Below the pieces are notes generated by a model. The model saw only the letters and a program-made list of their open reading frames with translations. It had not been told where the DNA came from and searched no databases. This document shows, one piece after another, positions 7,523-16,730 of a stretch of 32,000 nt of DNA. The stretch covers positions 1,260,001-1,292,000 of the forward strand of contig NC_013202.1 in assembly GCF_000023965.1 (NCBI RefSeq), given 5' to 3'. This stretch comes from Halomicrobium mukohataei DSM 12286 (GTDB lineage Archaea > Halobacteriota > Halobacteria > Halobacteriales > Haloarculaceae). Every line of letters starts with the position of its first letter. The stretch's first letter is position 1. The translations under genes were made by a program, and so were the position numbers.

Positions 7523-8749
7523 ATGACTGTCTCTCGCGAGGTGGAACTGGAGGGTCACATCATCGACTCCGGGATGATGCAGACGTGCTTTGGCATCATC
7601 ATGGATCTGGGTGGCTCGTTCACCGTCGAGACGTTCGATATCGGCCGCCACAAGACCGACGAGTCCTACGCTCGACTCTTGGTCGAGGCGGACGACGAGG
7701 CGACGCTGCAGTCGATCGTCCACGAACTCCACCAGAACGGCGCGAACCCGGCAGATCCGAAAGACGTGACGCTGGAGCCCGCGCCCGCCGACCAGGTGGT
7801 ACCCCACGGCTTCTACTCGACGACGAACCACCCGACGTTCGTCCGGTACGACGACGAGTGGCTCGCGGTCCAGAACGTCGAGATGGACTGCGCCGTCGTC
7901 GTCGACACCGACGAGCCACGGGCTTACACGAAGGTGCTCAACGCCGTCGAGGCGGGCGACCAGATCGTCACCGGCGAGACCGGGATCAGGATCGCCCCGC
8001 CCGAGCGCCCGCGGGGCCAGCAAGGAGCCTTCGGGTTCATGCAGGGCGGGGTCTCCTCGGAACGGCCCTCCGAGTCGACGATCCGCCAGATCGCCGAGGC
8101 AATCGAGGAGACCAGAGCCGACGGCGGGAAGATCCTCGCGGTGTGTGGCCCCGCGCTGATCCACTCGGGCGCACGCGAGGACCTCGCCCAGCTGGTCCGC
8201 GAGGGATACATCGACATGCTCTCTGCGGGCAACGGCTTCGCCGTCCACGACATCGAGCGCGACCTCTATGGTACCTCGCTCGGACTGGACACCGAGAGCC
8301 TCGATCACGCCCGCAAGGGTCACAAACACCACATCTACACGATCTCGGAGATCATCCGCGAAGGCGGTATCGAGGCTGCTGTCGAGTCGGGAACGATCGA
8401 CTCCGGCGTGATGTACGAGTGTGTCACCAACGACCGGCCCTTCGTACTGGCGGGTTCGATTCGCGACGACGGCCCGCTGCCGGACACCATCACCGACGCC
8501 GTCGAGGCCCAGAACGCCATCCGCGAGCAGGCCCACGAGGCCGACATGGTGTTGATGCTCTCGACGCTGCTGCACTCGGTCGCCGTCGGGAACTGCCTGC
8601 CCTCGACGACGCGGGTCGTCTGCGTGGACATCAACCCCGCGACCGTCACACAACTGCTCGATCGGGGCAGCGCACAGGCGGTCGGGATGGTGACGGATAT
8701 CGGCACCTTCGTCCCACTGCTGGCCGAGCAACTGGTCGACGAGGCGTAG
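7523..8749 (+). CDS. TIGR00300 / LOR-SDH conserved-domain protein (archaeal-type ornithine cyclodeaminase-like)
   Basis: Starts MTVSREVELEGHIIDSGMMQTCFGIIMDLGGSFTVETFDIGRHKTDESYARLLVEA, the ACT-like N-terminus typical of this family. A Rossmann-like C-terminal part (KILAVCGPALIHSGA...MLSAGNGFAVHD) follows. ATG 7523 is in frame within the listed ORF 7097..8749. Confidence 0.8.
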   Translation: MTVSREVELEGHIIDSGMMQTCFGIIMDLGGSFTVETFDIGRHKTDESYARLLVEADDEATLQSIVHELHQNGANPADPKDVTLEPAPADQVVPHGFYSTTNHPTFVRYDDEWLAVQNVEMDCAVVVDTDEPRAYTKVLNAVEAGDQIVTGETGIRIAPPERPRGQQGAFGFMQGGVSSERPSESTIRQIAEAIEETRADGGKILAVCGPALIHSGAREDLAQLVREGYIDMLSAGNGFAVHDIERDLYGTSLGLDTESLDHARKGHKHHIYTISEIIREGGIEAAVESGTIDSGVMYECVTNDRPFVLAGSIRDDGPLPDTITDAVEAQNAIREQAHEADMVLMLSTLLHSVAVGNCLPSTTRVVCVDINPATVTQLLDRGSAQAVGMVTDIGTFVPLLAEQLVDEA

Positions 8750-8876
8750 GTCCGGCGCGCCCAGCGTTGCAGGTCGTCGCAGTCCTCGGCCCACCACCAC
8801 GAAATGGAGCGGTCGTTTGACTCTGGACACTCTGGGCCAGGACGAACGGCGTCACCAACTCGTCGAGGTCAGTCTC

Positions 8877-8958
8877 ATACGGATTATTCTCGATCGTTAC
8901 TGGATCGACCGCACGACGGTGTGCGATCGACAGGGAACACGGCGACAATAATCCGTAT
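8877..8958. repeat. 82-nt nested hairpin with an AT-rich 12-bp perfect outer stem
   Basis: The outer stem pairs atacggattatt 8877-8888 with aataatccgtat 8947-8958. The inner stem is 9/10 bp: tcgaccgcac 8905-8914 with gtgcgatcga 8921-8930. Confidence 0.7.
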
Positions 8959-9001
8959 CAATGCCTTCGCCTGGGATAGAATCTGAAGCGAGTTAGCTCA
9001 T

Positions 9002-9076
9002 ACTGCCGGCTGTCTCTGTTTCGAGATATTCGCGACACGGGGTCGCGACATTCTTCACAGACGTACTGCCGGCAGC
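9002..9076 (+). repeat. Copy 2 of the ~75-nt palindromic repeat family
   Basis: Sequence aCTGCCGGCTGTCTCTGTTTCGAGATATTCGCGACACGGGGTCGCGACATTCTTCACAGACGTACTGCCGGCAGc. Both termini carry the CTGCCGGC(A/T)G palindrome. The apical hairpin is tcgcgac/acggg/gtcgcga. Confidence 0.8.
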
Positions 9077-9156
9077 ATCAAAGAGCCAGAGAGTTCGACG
9101 GGATTTCGGTACCAGTGCCCGAGGGGCGACGGTCCGTTGGCCCCAGTCGGAGTCGC

Positions 9157-9576
9157 TCACCGAGCGACAATTACAGGGACAGGCGAGTTGCGGAACACTT
9201 TCTGGGCGACGTTCCCGATGACCAGCCGGTCAATCATCGAGCCGCCGTGACTTCCGATTACGACCGCATCGAAATCGCTGGCTTTGTTTAGAATCGCCCG
9301 CGCCGGATGCCCCAGTTGAACCTCGGTAGTAACCTCGACATCGTACTCAGCGGCGAAATCACGAGCGTCATCGAACACCTCCTGTGCGCGCTCCTGGGCA
9401 GCCGCTTCGATATCGTCCTCAAGAGCGAGTGCGGTGGCTTTCCCTCCCATCGCTGACGGTTCTCCCACGACATGCAAGACGGTGATTTCTGCGTTCGGAT
9501 GGTTCTCAAGAGCATACTCAAGGGCTCGATGCGCCATTTCCGAATCGTCCATCGGAACGAGGACTCGCGAGAGCAT
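9157..9576 (-). CDS. Universal stress protein (UspA family)
   Basis: Starts MLSRVLVPMDDSEMAHRALEYALE and ends with the ATP-binding motif VVIGSHGGSMIDRLVIGNVAQKVFRNSPVPVIV. Its GC content is visibly lower than neighbouring genes. Confidence 0.9.
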   Translation of the reverse strand: MLSRVLVPMDDSEMAHRALEYALENHPNAEITVLHVVGEPSAMGGKATALALEDDIEAAAQERAQEVFDDARDFAAEYDVEVTTEVQLGHPARAILNKASDFDAVVIGSHGGSMIDRLVIGNVAQKVFRNSPVPVIVAR

Positions 9577-10075
9577 GTGATAGCTACGATCAGGACGTGA
9601 ATAAAACGGCGGGTCACTCGTTTCGAATCAGAGGATCCGACCTGGGACTATAGTAACAATTGAAACGATTTACACACCGATCGCACTGCAGTCGTGCGGT
9701 CGGGAGTGCATTGATTTTCAATGGCTACTATATCTGCGGAATGCAGCGACCGTTTTCGTCGTCGGGTTTCTTCACTCACTTCGGAACCCACTCCTCGAAA
9801 AACGTCCATGGATCCACTCCCCGAGTGGTGTTTCTGGCGGGCGCTCCGCCGATTTGTCGGAGGCTGTTTGAGAGATACTCGCCGCGATACTGGCCGCGAC
9901 GGCATCGGAAACAGTGAATTGTGCGTCCCTGGGACGGGCTCCAGACAACGCTCGCCGTCTACTGCCAGACGCAATTCCTGGAGTCAGGTCACACTGGTCC
10001 CAGTGAGGCCGAGCAATGACTGCGAGACCTCGATCACGTTCTGGAGATCCTACGAACTGCGGTCGGACTCGCCGG

Positions 10076-10345
10076 TCAGACGCCCTCGACGCCCGAGCGG
10101 TACTCCTTGACGTGTTCGTGGGCCTCGACGATCGCGTCCGTCGCGTCGCCCTCGGTGCTGTCTTCGAGGTCGTGGAGCGCGTTCTGGATGCGGGCCAGGC
10201 GACCGTGGTCCGGCCCCTCGTCGGCCGTCGAGAGCCGGTCGAGCTGGTCGGCCAGGTCCGACAGGCGTTCGCCGTCGTCGCCGTCCGCGGACTGTGCTGC
10301 CGAAGCGAGCAGATCGCTCGCCGTCGCGAGTGCGTCGCGCGTCAT
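10076..10345 (-). CDS. Small acidic helical hypothetical protein
   Basis: Translation is MTRDALATASDLLASAAQSADGDDGERLSDLADQLDRLSTADEGPDHGRLARIQNALHDLEDS...EYRSGVEGV. ATG 10345 has a TATA-like GTTATTT ~27 nt upstream on the minus strand. Confidence 0.6.
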   Translation of the reverse strand: MTRDALATASDLLASAAQSADGDDGERLSDLADQLDRLSTADEGPDHGRLARIQNALHDLEDSTEGDATDAIVEAHEHVKEYRSGVEGV

Positions 10346-10439
10346 ATTTGTCGGTACAGAGATGGCCCAAATAACCCTTGGGGTATCGTCGCCGATCGAC
10401 TCCGAAGCGGTTTTTCGCGGCGGTCCCACAGGGTCGGCT

Positions 10440-10853
10440 ATGCCAGCGAGCCACCACGTCGGTATCACCGTCGCCGATCTGGACCGCGCCGTCGAGTTCT
10501 ACAGCGACACCTTCGACTTCGAGGTGCTGAGCCGCTTTTCGGTCTCGGGCGCGGCGTTCGAGACGGGCGTCGGCGTCCCCGACGCGGCGGCGCAGTTCGC
10601 TCACCTCGACGCCGGAGAGATCCGGCTGGAGCTGGTCGCGTACGAGCCCACGGGCGACGACGCGGCCGCCGCGGCAGTCAACGACACCGGCGCGAAACAC
10701 GTCGGACTCGAGGTCGACGACATCGACGCCTTCTACGCCGGTCTCGACGACGCTGTCGAGACGATCAGCGAGCCCCAGACGACGGCGAGCGGGACGACTA
10801 TCTGCTTCGTCGAGGACCCCGAAGGGAACCTGATCGAAGTACTCGAACCCTAG
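10440..10853 (+). CDS. VOC family protein (glyoxalase/bleomycin resistance/dioxygenase fold)
   Basis: Starts MPASHHVGITVADLDRAVEFYSDTFDFEV, continues KHVGLEVDDIDAFY and ends FVEDPEGNLIEVLE, the classic VOC pattern. Confidence 0.88.
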   Translation: MPASHHVGITVADLDRAVEFYSDTFDFEVLSRFSVSGAAFETGVGVPDAAAQFAHLDAGEIRLELVAYEPTGDDAAAAAVNDTGAKHVGLEVDDIDAFYAGLDDAVETISEPQTTASGTTICFVEDPEGNLIEVLEP

Positions 10854-11512
10854 TCGCTCGTCCACTCCGCGATGTGGTCGGCCACGTAGTCCTGGCTCCC
10901 CAGTCCGACACTGATACCGACTGCCAGTGCGATGCCGAGGCCGAGACCGACCGCGACCGCCTGGGCCATCGTGTTGAGGATGACGGTGTTGTAGCCGATG
11001 GCGTCCAGCGCCAGCGTAACCGAGACGAAGTAGACAACGCCACGAGCCACCAGCGCGACAAGCGGCGTGACCGAGCGGCCGGCGAGCACGTCGTTGTCCT
11101 TGAGCGCGCGCGAGACGTAGCCGGCGACGACGAAGCCAGCCAGCAGGATCAGGACGCTGCCCAGGAGCGACGCCAGATACCGGGCACCGATCTGTGCCCA
11201 GCTCGCGATCTGACCGGCGTTGACGAGACTCAGCGAGATCACGAGAGCGATCAGTGTGAGCAGGTACGTCGTCAGGCCAGCCAGTGCGTCAGCGATGGCC
11301 TCGTCCTCGCGCAAAACCGCTCCCAGCGGCGTCTCCAGGACAGCCTCGTCGAGGTCGACGCGCGCCGCGACGGCTGCGATCCTGTCGCCGACTTTCGGCC
11401 CGACAGTCGCGTAAGCGACGATCGGCAGCACGATCGCCACGATCCAATCCACCACTCCGGGGGCAGTGTCGATTATACGCCCGACCTGGAGGAGTTGCAG
11501 TGACGTGCTCAT
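10850..11512 (-). CDS. Integral membrane protein, conserved TM-helix repeat type (MscS N-terminal-like)
   Basis: 220 aa with several TM helices and a repeated architecture (…YLASLLGSVLILLAGFVVAGYVSRAL… / …VVYFVSVTLALDAIG…). ATG at 11512. Confidence 0.75.
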   Translation of the reverse strand: MSTSLQLLQVGRIIDTAPGVVDWIVAIVLPIVAYATVGPKVGDRIAAVAARVDLDEAVLETPLGAVLREDEAIADALAGLTTYLLTLIALVISLSLVNAGQIASWAQIGARYLASLLGSVLILLAGFVVAGYVSRALKDNDVLAGRSVTPLVALVARGVVYFVSVTLALDAIGYNTVILNTMAQAVAVGLGLGIALAVGISVGLGSQDYVADHIAEWTSD

Positions 11513-11827
11513 ACGCGACCCTCCAGTCTGTCGGCCGCCGTTTCACGTCTGTGCGCCTCTATGGCTATCCGGTCGATGAACATGTCCACCTGGGTGAATC
11601 CCTGGAGATTGTTTAAGCCTTTAGATAAACCACTCCTGTAGACGGAAGTAATTCACCGCTACAGCGGGTCGCATGGCAATCTCGCAGAACGTGGCTCTTG
11701 GCCCAGATTTGTTGTAGAACGACTACTTTCGCGCACGAATCGACCTCGGTCGCATCGACGGGACCGCTTACGGTCGGTCTCGTACCGCCGGGCGTCACCG
11801 TGTCACGGCAACAACACTACGTCTCAT

Positions 11828-11901
11828 ACTGCTGGCTGTACGTCTGTATAGCATTTCGCGACGTGGTCGCGAATCTCGTGAAACAGCGACAGCCGGCAGT
11901 G
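11828..11901 (-). repeat. Copy 3 of the ~75-nt palindromic repeat family (minus orientation)
   Basis: The minus-strand read is caCTGCCGGCTGTCGCTGTTTCACGAGATTCGCGACCACGTCGCGAAATGCTATACAGACGTACAGCCAGCAGTAT. It begins 2 nt after the ilvD stop codon (TGA, complement of 11902-11904). Confidence 0.8.
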
Positions 11902-13635
11902 TCAGTCCCACTTCGCGCCGGGGTTGGTCACCGCGCCGTTGGCCGCGGAGCCGAAGTCGCGGTGGTACTTCGCCAGCACGCCGCTGTCGTAGTTGGGGTC
12001 GGGGTCGTACTCTTCGAGGCGCTGTTCGATCTCCTCGTCGGAGAGGTCCACGGAGAGTTCGAGATTCTCGATGTCGATCGTGATCGTATCGCCGTCCTCC
12101 AGCGCCGCGATGGGACCACCGACGTAGGCCTCGGGGGCGACGTGGCCGATCGAGAAGCCACGGGTCGCACCGGAGAAGCGGCCGTCGGTAAAGAGCGCCA
12201 CGTCGTCGGCGTGACCCTGGCCGGCGACGGCGCTCGTGACCCCCAGCATCTCCCGCATTCCGGGACCGCCGCGGGGGCCCTCGTTGCGGATGCCGATCAC
12301 GTCGCCGGACTCGATGTGGCCCTCCTGGACGTACTTCATCGCCGCCGACTCCTCGTCGAAGATGCGGACCGGTCCCTCGTGGCGGAGGTACTCCTCGCCC
12401 GAGATCTTGATGACCGCGCCGTCGGGCGCGAGGTTCCCCGTGAGGATGCGGATGGCACCCTGCTCGTTCTTGGGTTCGTCGACGCTGTAGAGGTAGTCGA
12501 CGTCGACGTCCTCGATCGCGGGCGGGTCGTAGGCTTCGAGGGCGTCTCCGAGCGTGTCGCCGGTCACCGTCAGCGCGTCGCCGTGGAGCAGGTCCGCCTC
12601 GTAGAGGGCGTTCAGGACGACCGGGACGCCGCCGACCTCGTGGAGGTCGTTCATGACGCGCTCGCCGCCGGGCTGGAGGTCGGCGATCTTCGGCGTGCGC
12701 TTGCTGATCTCGTTGAACGCCTCGATGTCGAGGTCGACGCCGGCCTCCGCCGCGAGCGCCAGGATGTGGAGCACGGCGTTGGTCGAGCCGCCGACCGCGA
12801 CCTGCAGCGCGATGGCGTTCTCGAAGGACTCGCGGCTGAGAAAGTCGGAGGGGCGACGCTGCTCCTGGACTGCCTCGACCGCGAGTTCGCCGGCCCGGCG
12901 TGCCTCCTCGTATCTGGACTCGTGTTCCGCGGGCGGCGAGGCCGAGCCCAGCGGCGCAAACCCGAGCGCCTCCGAGATGGAGGCCATCGTGTTGGCGGTG
13001 AACATCCCGCCACAGGAGCCCGCGCCGGGGCAGGCGTTGCGCTCCATCTCGTCGAGTTCGTCCTCGCTCATGTCGCCGTCGGCGACCGCGCCGACGCCCT
13101 CGAAGACGTTCTGGATCGTGATCTCGCGGCCGTCGTGCTCGCCGGGCATGATCGACCCCCCGTAGAGGAAGACGCTTGGCAGGTCCGTCCGGATCGCGGC
13201 CATCATCATCCCGGGCATGTTCTTGTCACAGCCACCGATGGTGACCAGACCGTCCATGCGCTCGCCGAAAGAGACGAGCTCGACCGAGTCGGCGATGACC
13301 TCCCGGGAGATCAGCGACGCCTTCATCCCCTCGGTCCCCATGGAGATGGCGTCAGAGATCGTGATCGTCCCGAACTCGATGGGCATCCCCTCGGTCTCGT
13401 CGATCCCCTCGTAGGCCGCGTCGGCCACGTCGTCCAGGTGGACGTTACACGGCGTGATGTCGGCCGCGGGGTTGGCGACGCCGATCATCGGCGAGGAGAG
13501 GTCTTCGTCGTCGTACCCCATCGCACGGAACATCGCGCGGTGGGGTGCCTTCTCGTAGCCCTCCGTGACTTCAGAACTCCGGAGTTCCGGGTCCTTCCCC
13601 TCGTCGGCATCAGGTGTCCGCTCCTGCTTGCTCAT
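11902..13635 (-). CDS. ilvD: Dihydroxy-acid dehydratase
   Basis: 577 aa. Contains [44 protein letters not shown] and [17 protein letters not shown], which are Fe-S ligand motifs of the IlvD/Edd family. Confidence 0.97.
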   Translation of the reverse strand: MSKQERTPDADEGKDPELRSSEVTEGYEKAPHRAMFRAMGYDDEDLSSPMIGVANPAADITPCNVHLDDVADAAYEGIDETEGMPIEFGTITISDAISMGTEGMKASLISREVIADSVELVSFGERMDGLVTIGGCDKNMPGMMMAAIRTDLPSVFLYGGSIMPGEHDGREITIQNVFEGVGAVADGDMSEDELDEMERNACPGAGSCGGMFTANTMASISEALGFAPLGSASPPAEHESRYEEARRAGELAVEAVQEQRRPSDFLSRESFENAIALQVAVGGSTNAVLHILALAAEAGVDLDIEAFNEISKRTPKIADLQPGGERVMNDLHEVGGVPVVLNALYEADLLHGDALTVTGDTLGDALEAYDPPAIEDVDVDYLYSVDEPKNEQGAIRILTGNLAPDGAVIKISGEEYLRHEGPVRIFDEESAAMKYVQEGHIESGDVIGIRNEGPRGGPGMREMLGVTSAVAGQGHADDVALFTDGRFSGATRGFSIGHVAPEAYVGGPIAALEDGDTITIDIENLELSVDLSDEEIEQRLEEYDPDPNYDSGVLAKYHRDFGSAANGAVTNPGAKWD

Positions 13636-13752
13636 GCTCCCGAATCTGCGACGGGGAACCTTAAGCGCACGGACTACCGTGTTCGCGTTTCACACCCGCG
13701 GGCACTCATTCCGGAGCCTCACCTTCATTTCGAGGGAGCCGAAAGAGGTGGT

Positions 13753-14733
13753 ATGGTCACGGTGACGACGGCGGCGCGACTCCACTTCGGCTTCCAGAAC
13801 CTCGCGCTCGCCAACGAACGGTTGTACGGCGGCGTCGGCGTCGCCCTCGACGAGCCACTGCTGGTCCTCGACGCCCAGCCCGCAGACGAGATCGACTGCG
13901 ACGACGGCGAAGCCAAATCGTACGTCCGGCGAGCGGTCGCGACGCTGGGCGTCGAAGGGGCTCGCGTCTCGGTCCGCGAGCGGCTGCCACGCCACGTCGG
14001 CTTCGGCAGCGGGACCCAGCTCGCGCTGGCGGCGGCCGTCGCGGTCGCGCGGGCCTACGACCGCGAAGTCCAACCGCGCTCGCTCGCGCCGGAGCTCGGT
14101 CGCGGCGGTCGCAGCGGCGTCGGCGTCGCGGCCTTCGAGTCCGGCGGGTTCGTCGTCGACGGCGGCCACCCGACGGAGCGGTTCACTTCCGAGCCCCCAG
14201 CCAACGGCGACTGGACGGTCCCGCCGGTAATCGCGCGCCACGAGCTCCCCGACGACTGGCGGTTCGTGCTGGTCGTTCCCGACGCGGAGCCGGGGGCCAG
14301 CGGGGCCGAGGAGGACCGCCACATGCGCCAGGCCGTCGAGCGGGCCGATCCCGGTATCGCCGACGACGTGGCCGCGACGCTGACCCGGACGCTCCTGCCG
14401 GCCGCCGCGGAGGGTGACCACCGGCAGTTCGGGACCGCCGCAGCCCGGATCGGACGGCTCAACGGAGCCTGGTACGCCGACGAACAGGGCGGGGTCTACC
14501 GCCCGCCGGCCGGCCGGATCGTCGAGCGACTGGCCCAGCAGCCGACCATCGCCGGAGCCGGCCAGTCATCGTGGGGACCGGCGGTGTGGGGGCTGACGAC
14601 GCGTGGCGACGTGGAGGCGGCCAGGACGGGCGTCGAGATGGCCCTGAGCGACCTCTCGGTCGACGCCGACGTACTGGTCGCCAGCCCACGCAACGTGGGC
14701 GCGACGGTCGAGGACGGGCCGACGCTCGGCTGA
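13753..14733 (+). CDS. Beta-ribofuranosylaminobenzene 5'-phosphate (beta-RFAP) synthase family protein (GHMP-kinase fold)
   Basis: Starts MVTVTTAARLHFGFQNLA and contains RLPRHVGFGSGTQLALAAAVAVARAY, the GHMP-like GxGSGTQL motif characteristic of beta-RFAP synthase. ATG 13753 follows GAGGTGG. Confidence 0.8.
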   Translation: MVTVTTAARLHFGFQNLALANERLYGGVGVALDEPLLVLDAQPADEIDCDDGEAKSYVRRAVATLGVEGARVSVRERLPRHVGFGSGTQLALAAAVAVARAYDREVQPRSLAPELGRGGRSGVGVAAFESGGFVVDGGHPTERFTSEPPANGDWTVPPVIARHELPDDWRFVLVVPDAEPGASGAEEDRHMRQAVERADPGIADDVAATLTRTLLPAAAEGDHRQFGTAAARIGRLNGAWYADEQGGVYRPPAGRIVERLAQQPTIAGAGQSSWGPAVWGLTTRGDVEAARTGVEMALSDLSVDADVLVASPRNVGATVEDGPTLG

Positions 14734-14772
14734 CGCCCTCGGATAATCGTTCGCGATAACTGCGGCCGAAGC

Positions 14773-14778
14773 GTTAAG
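14773..14778 (+). promoter_or_regulatory. TATA-like box (GTTAAG) for the KaiC-like gene
   Basis: Centred ~28 nt upstream of ATG 14803. Confidence 0.4.
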
Positions 14779-14802
14779 CGACGCCACGGGCCACTGGGCG
14801 GT

Positions 14803-15642
14803 ATGGACCGCATCCCGTTCGGCGTTCGCCAGCTCGACACCACCATCAAGGGGGGTGCTCCGACGGGCAGCGTCGTCCTGGTCTCGGGCGAGTCCGGTGC
14901 CGGATCGCGGGAGTTCATGTACACGAGCGCGCTCATCAACGGGCTCTCGGCCGGCGACAGCGACGAGCTGTACGACCTCTACTACGGGTCGCCCACGGCC
15001 GACGCGGTCGATCCCGACGCCGTCCACTACATCTCGTTTACCGCCTCGAAGGAGGATCTGGTCGACGAGATGCGCCTGGCGATGGACGACGAGATCGTCG
15101 ACAACGGCTCCGAAGCGATTCAGTTTCACGAGCTGACAGAGCGGTACTTCCACGTCAGTCCGGTGCCCCGCGACTGGTACGCCGACGCCACCGAGAGCAT
15201 CACCGATCTGCGCAAGCGCCACGAGCGCCAGGGGTTGTTGGAGGCCCTCGGGAGCAAGCTCAGCGAGATCGCGCCGAACAACCTCGTCGTCATCGACTCG
15301 CTGTCCGATCTCGTCGGGGCGATCGGCGACGACATGGAGTGGTCGGACATCAGCTACCTCGTCCAGGGGCTCACCAAGGCCGCGAACCGCTGGAACGGAC
15401 TCATCCTGGTCCACCTGAACCACGAGACGGTGTCCTCGACGCGGTACGCCCAACTGACCGACGCGACGACCGGCGCGATGCGTTTCGAGTGGGAGTCCGG
15501 CGGTTCGACGCGGGCACGGACACTCGTCGTCTCGCAGTTCCGGGGCGTCCTCTCGCAGATCGAAGACGAGAACATCGTCCGTTTCGAGACCGAGATCGGC
15601 GACAGCGGCTTCGACATCAGTGACGTGCGCAAGATCCGATAG
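14803..15642 (+). CDS. KaiC/RAD55-type RecA-fold protein with a degenerate Walker A motif
   Basis: FGVRQLDTTIKGGAPTGSVVLVSGESGAGSREF aligns with the KaiC-like P-loop region, but GxxGxGK[ST] reads GESGAGSR. NLVVIDSLSDL is Walker-B-like. Length is 279 aa. Confidence 0.85.
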   Translation: MDRIPFGVRQLDTTIKGGAPTGSVVLVSGESGAGSREFMYTSALINGLSAGDSDELYDLYYGSPTADAVDPDAVHYISFTASKEDLVDEMRLAMDDEIVDNGSEAIQFHELTERYFHVSPVPRDWYADATESITDLRKRHERQGLLEALGSKLSEIAPNNLVVIDSLSDLVGAIGDDMEWSDISYLVQGLTKAANRWNGLILVHLNHETVSSTRYAQLTDATTGAMRFEWESGGSTRARTLVVSQFRGVLSQIEDENIVRFETEIGDSGFDISDVRKIR

Positions 15643-15700
15643 CGCCTGCGGCGAGCGGGCGTCGTATCCGCCTATCAGCGCCTGAAATCGGCGGCAAACG

Positions 15701-15706
15701 CTTAAC
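15701..15706 (+). promoter_or_regulatory. TATA-like box (CTTAAC) for the RHH/coiled-coil gene
   Basis: Centred ~29 nt upstream of ATG 15732. Confidence 0.4.
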
Positions 15707-15731
15707 TGTCTGGTTCCGAAACCGGTCCACA

Positions 15732-16730
15732 ATGGCGAGTGAGTCGCGTGAAGAGCAGTCTGTCTCGGTCGATCTCTCCGACGAGCTCGACGAGTGGCTC
15801 GACCAGCAAGCCGAGCGCACGGACACGGACCGCGCCGAGGTCGTCCGACAGCTCCTACAGACATACCACGCGACAGAGACCCTCGACGAGACGGCCGTCG
15901 AGGAGATTCAGGCGACCGTCGAGGAGACCGTCGCGAGCGAGGCGACGAAGGCGACGCGGGCGGCCGTCGCCGATCGGTTGCAGTCCGAGCTGCCCGAGCG
16001 GGTCGAGACCGAGGTCGGCGAGCAGGTCGAGCGAGCGGTCGAGTCGACCGTGGAGGATCGACTGGCAGACGCAATCGAGACGGCGGTCTCCGACAGGCTA
16101 CCCGGTATCGTCGACGCCGTCGAGAGTCGCCTCGACGAACGACTCTCTGGGGCGACCGACGAGGTCGAGGCGGAGGTCGAACGGCTCGACGCCGACTTCC
16201 GGGAGAAGCTCGACGACGTCCGCCAGCGGGTCGTCCAGGTGAAAAAAGAGACCGACGCCAAGGCACCGGCCGACCACACCCACGAAGCCTTCGAGCGGTT
16301 CGACGAACTCGACGGCGAGATCGAGACACTGGAGACCGATCTGGGGGGCGTTCGGGAGGATCTCGAAGACCTCGACGGGCGCGTCGACGACACCGACGAG
16401 CGCCTCGACGACGTGGTCGAACGCCTCGACGACGCCGAAGACAAGCTCAAGCGGGTGGCGTGGGTCGTCAGTGACCTCCGCGACGAGACCCAGGGGAAAG
16501 ACAGCCACGAGCGGGCCGTCGCCCGGATCAAACGCGCCGCCGCACAGGAGGGGCTCACGACGGCACGCTGTGAGAACTGCAGCGAGTCGGTCGAGATCGC
16601 GCTGCTGACCGACCCGGAGTGTCCTCACTGTCACGCCGCGGTCTCTGACGTGCGCCCAGAGGGCGGGATCTTCAGGACGAAAGCGCGACTCGTGACTGCC
16701 TCGGAGCTGGAAGCCGGTGAGGAGACGTGA
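15732..16730 (+). CDS. Ribbon-helix-helix-like / long acidic coiled-coil / C-terminal zinc-ribbon protein
   Basis: The N-terminus SVSVDLSDELDEWLDQQAERTDTDRAEVVRQLLQTY shows an RHH pattern. About 230 aa of Asp/Glu-rich helical repeats follow. The C-terminus is CENC-x13-CPHC. Confidence 0.8.
   Translation: MASESREEQSVSVDLSDELDEWLDQQAERTDTDRAEVVRQLLQTYHATETLDETAVEEIQATVEETVASEATKATRAAVADRLQSELPERVETEVGEQVERAVESTVEDRLADAIETAVSDRLPGIVDAVESRLDERLSGATDEVEAEVERLDADFREKLDDVRQRVVQVKKETDAKAPADHTHEAFERFDELDGEIETLETDLGGVREDLEDLDGRVDDTDERLDDVVERLDDAEDKLKRVAWVVSDLRDETQGKDSHERAVARIKRAAAQEGLTTARCENCSESVEIALLTDPECPHCHAAVSDVRPEGGIFRTKARLVTASELEAGEET

Noticed and set aside
8646-8986. ORFs 8646..8948(-) and 8804..8986(+) downstream of the TIGR00300 gene.
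   Set aside because: The minus-strand ORF would overlap ~100 nt of the well-supported plus-strand gene and becomes Arg/Pro-rich there. The plus-strand ORF has non-acidic composition. The nested hairpin explains the local sequence structure better.
9648-10110. ORFs 9648..9974(-), 9660..9917(+) and 9721..10110(+) in the lower-GC spacer.
   Set aside because: They are basic, Ser/Arg-rich and mutually overlapping, with no motif, no haloarchaeal acidic bias and no plausible promoter-start geometry. I treat the region as non-coding or decayed.
11613-11798. 61-aa ORF on the minus strand in the spacer downstream of ilvD.
   Set aside because: Composition is not acidic, and there is no motif and no promoter geometry. 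It is kept only as part of the possible non-coding region.
15900-16500. Periodic DNA similarity inside the coiled-coil genes (15900-16500 and 31400-31950) as possible tandem repeats or a CRISPR-like array.
   Set aside because: The periodicity reflects repeated GAx/CTC codons for Asp/Glu/Leu heptads in frame. There are no exact repeat units separated by unique spacers.
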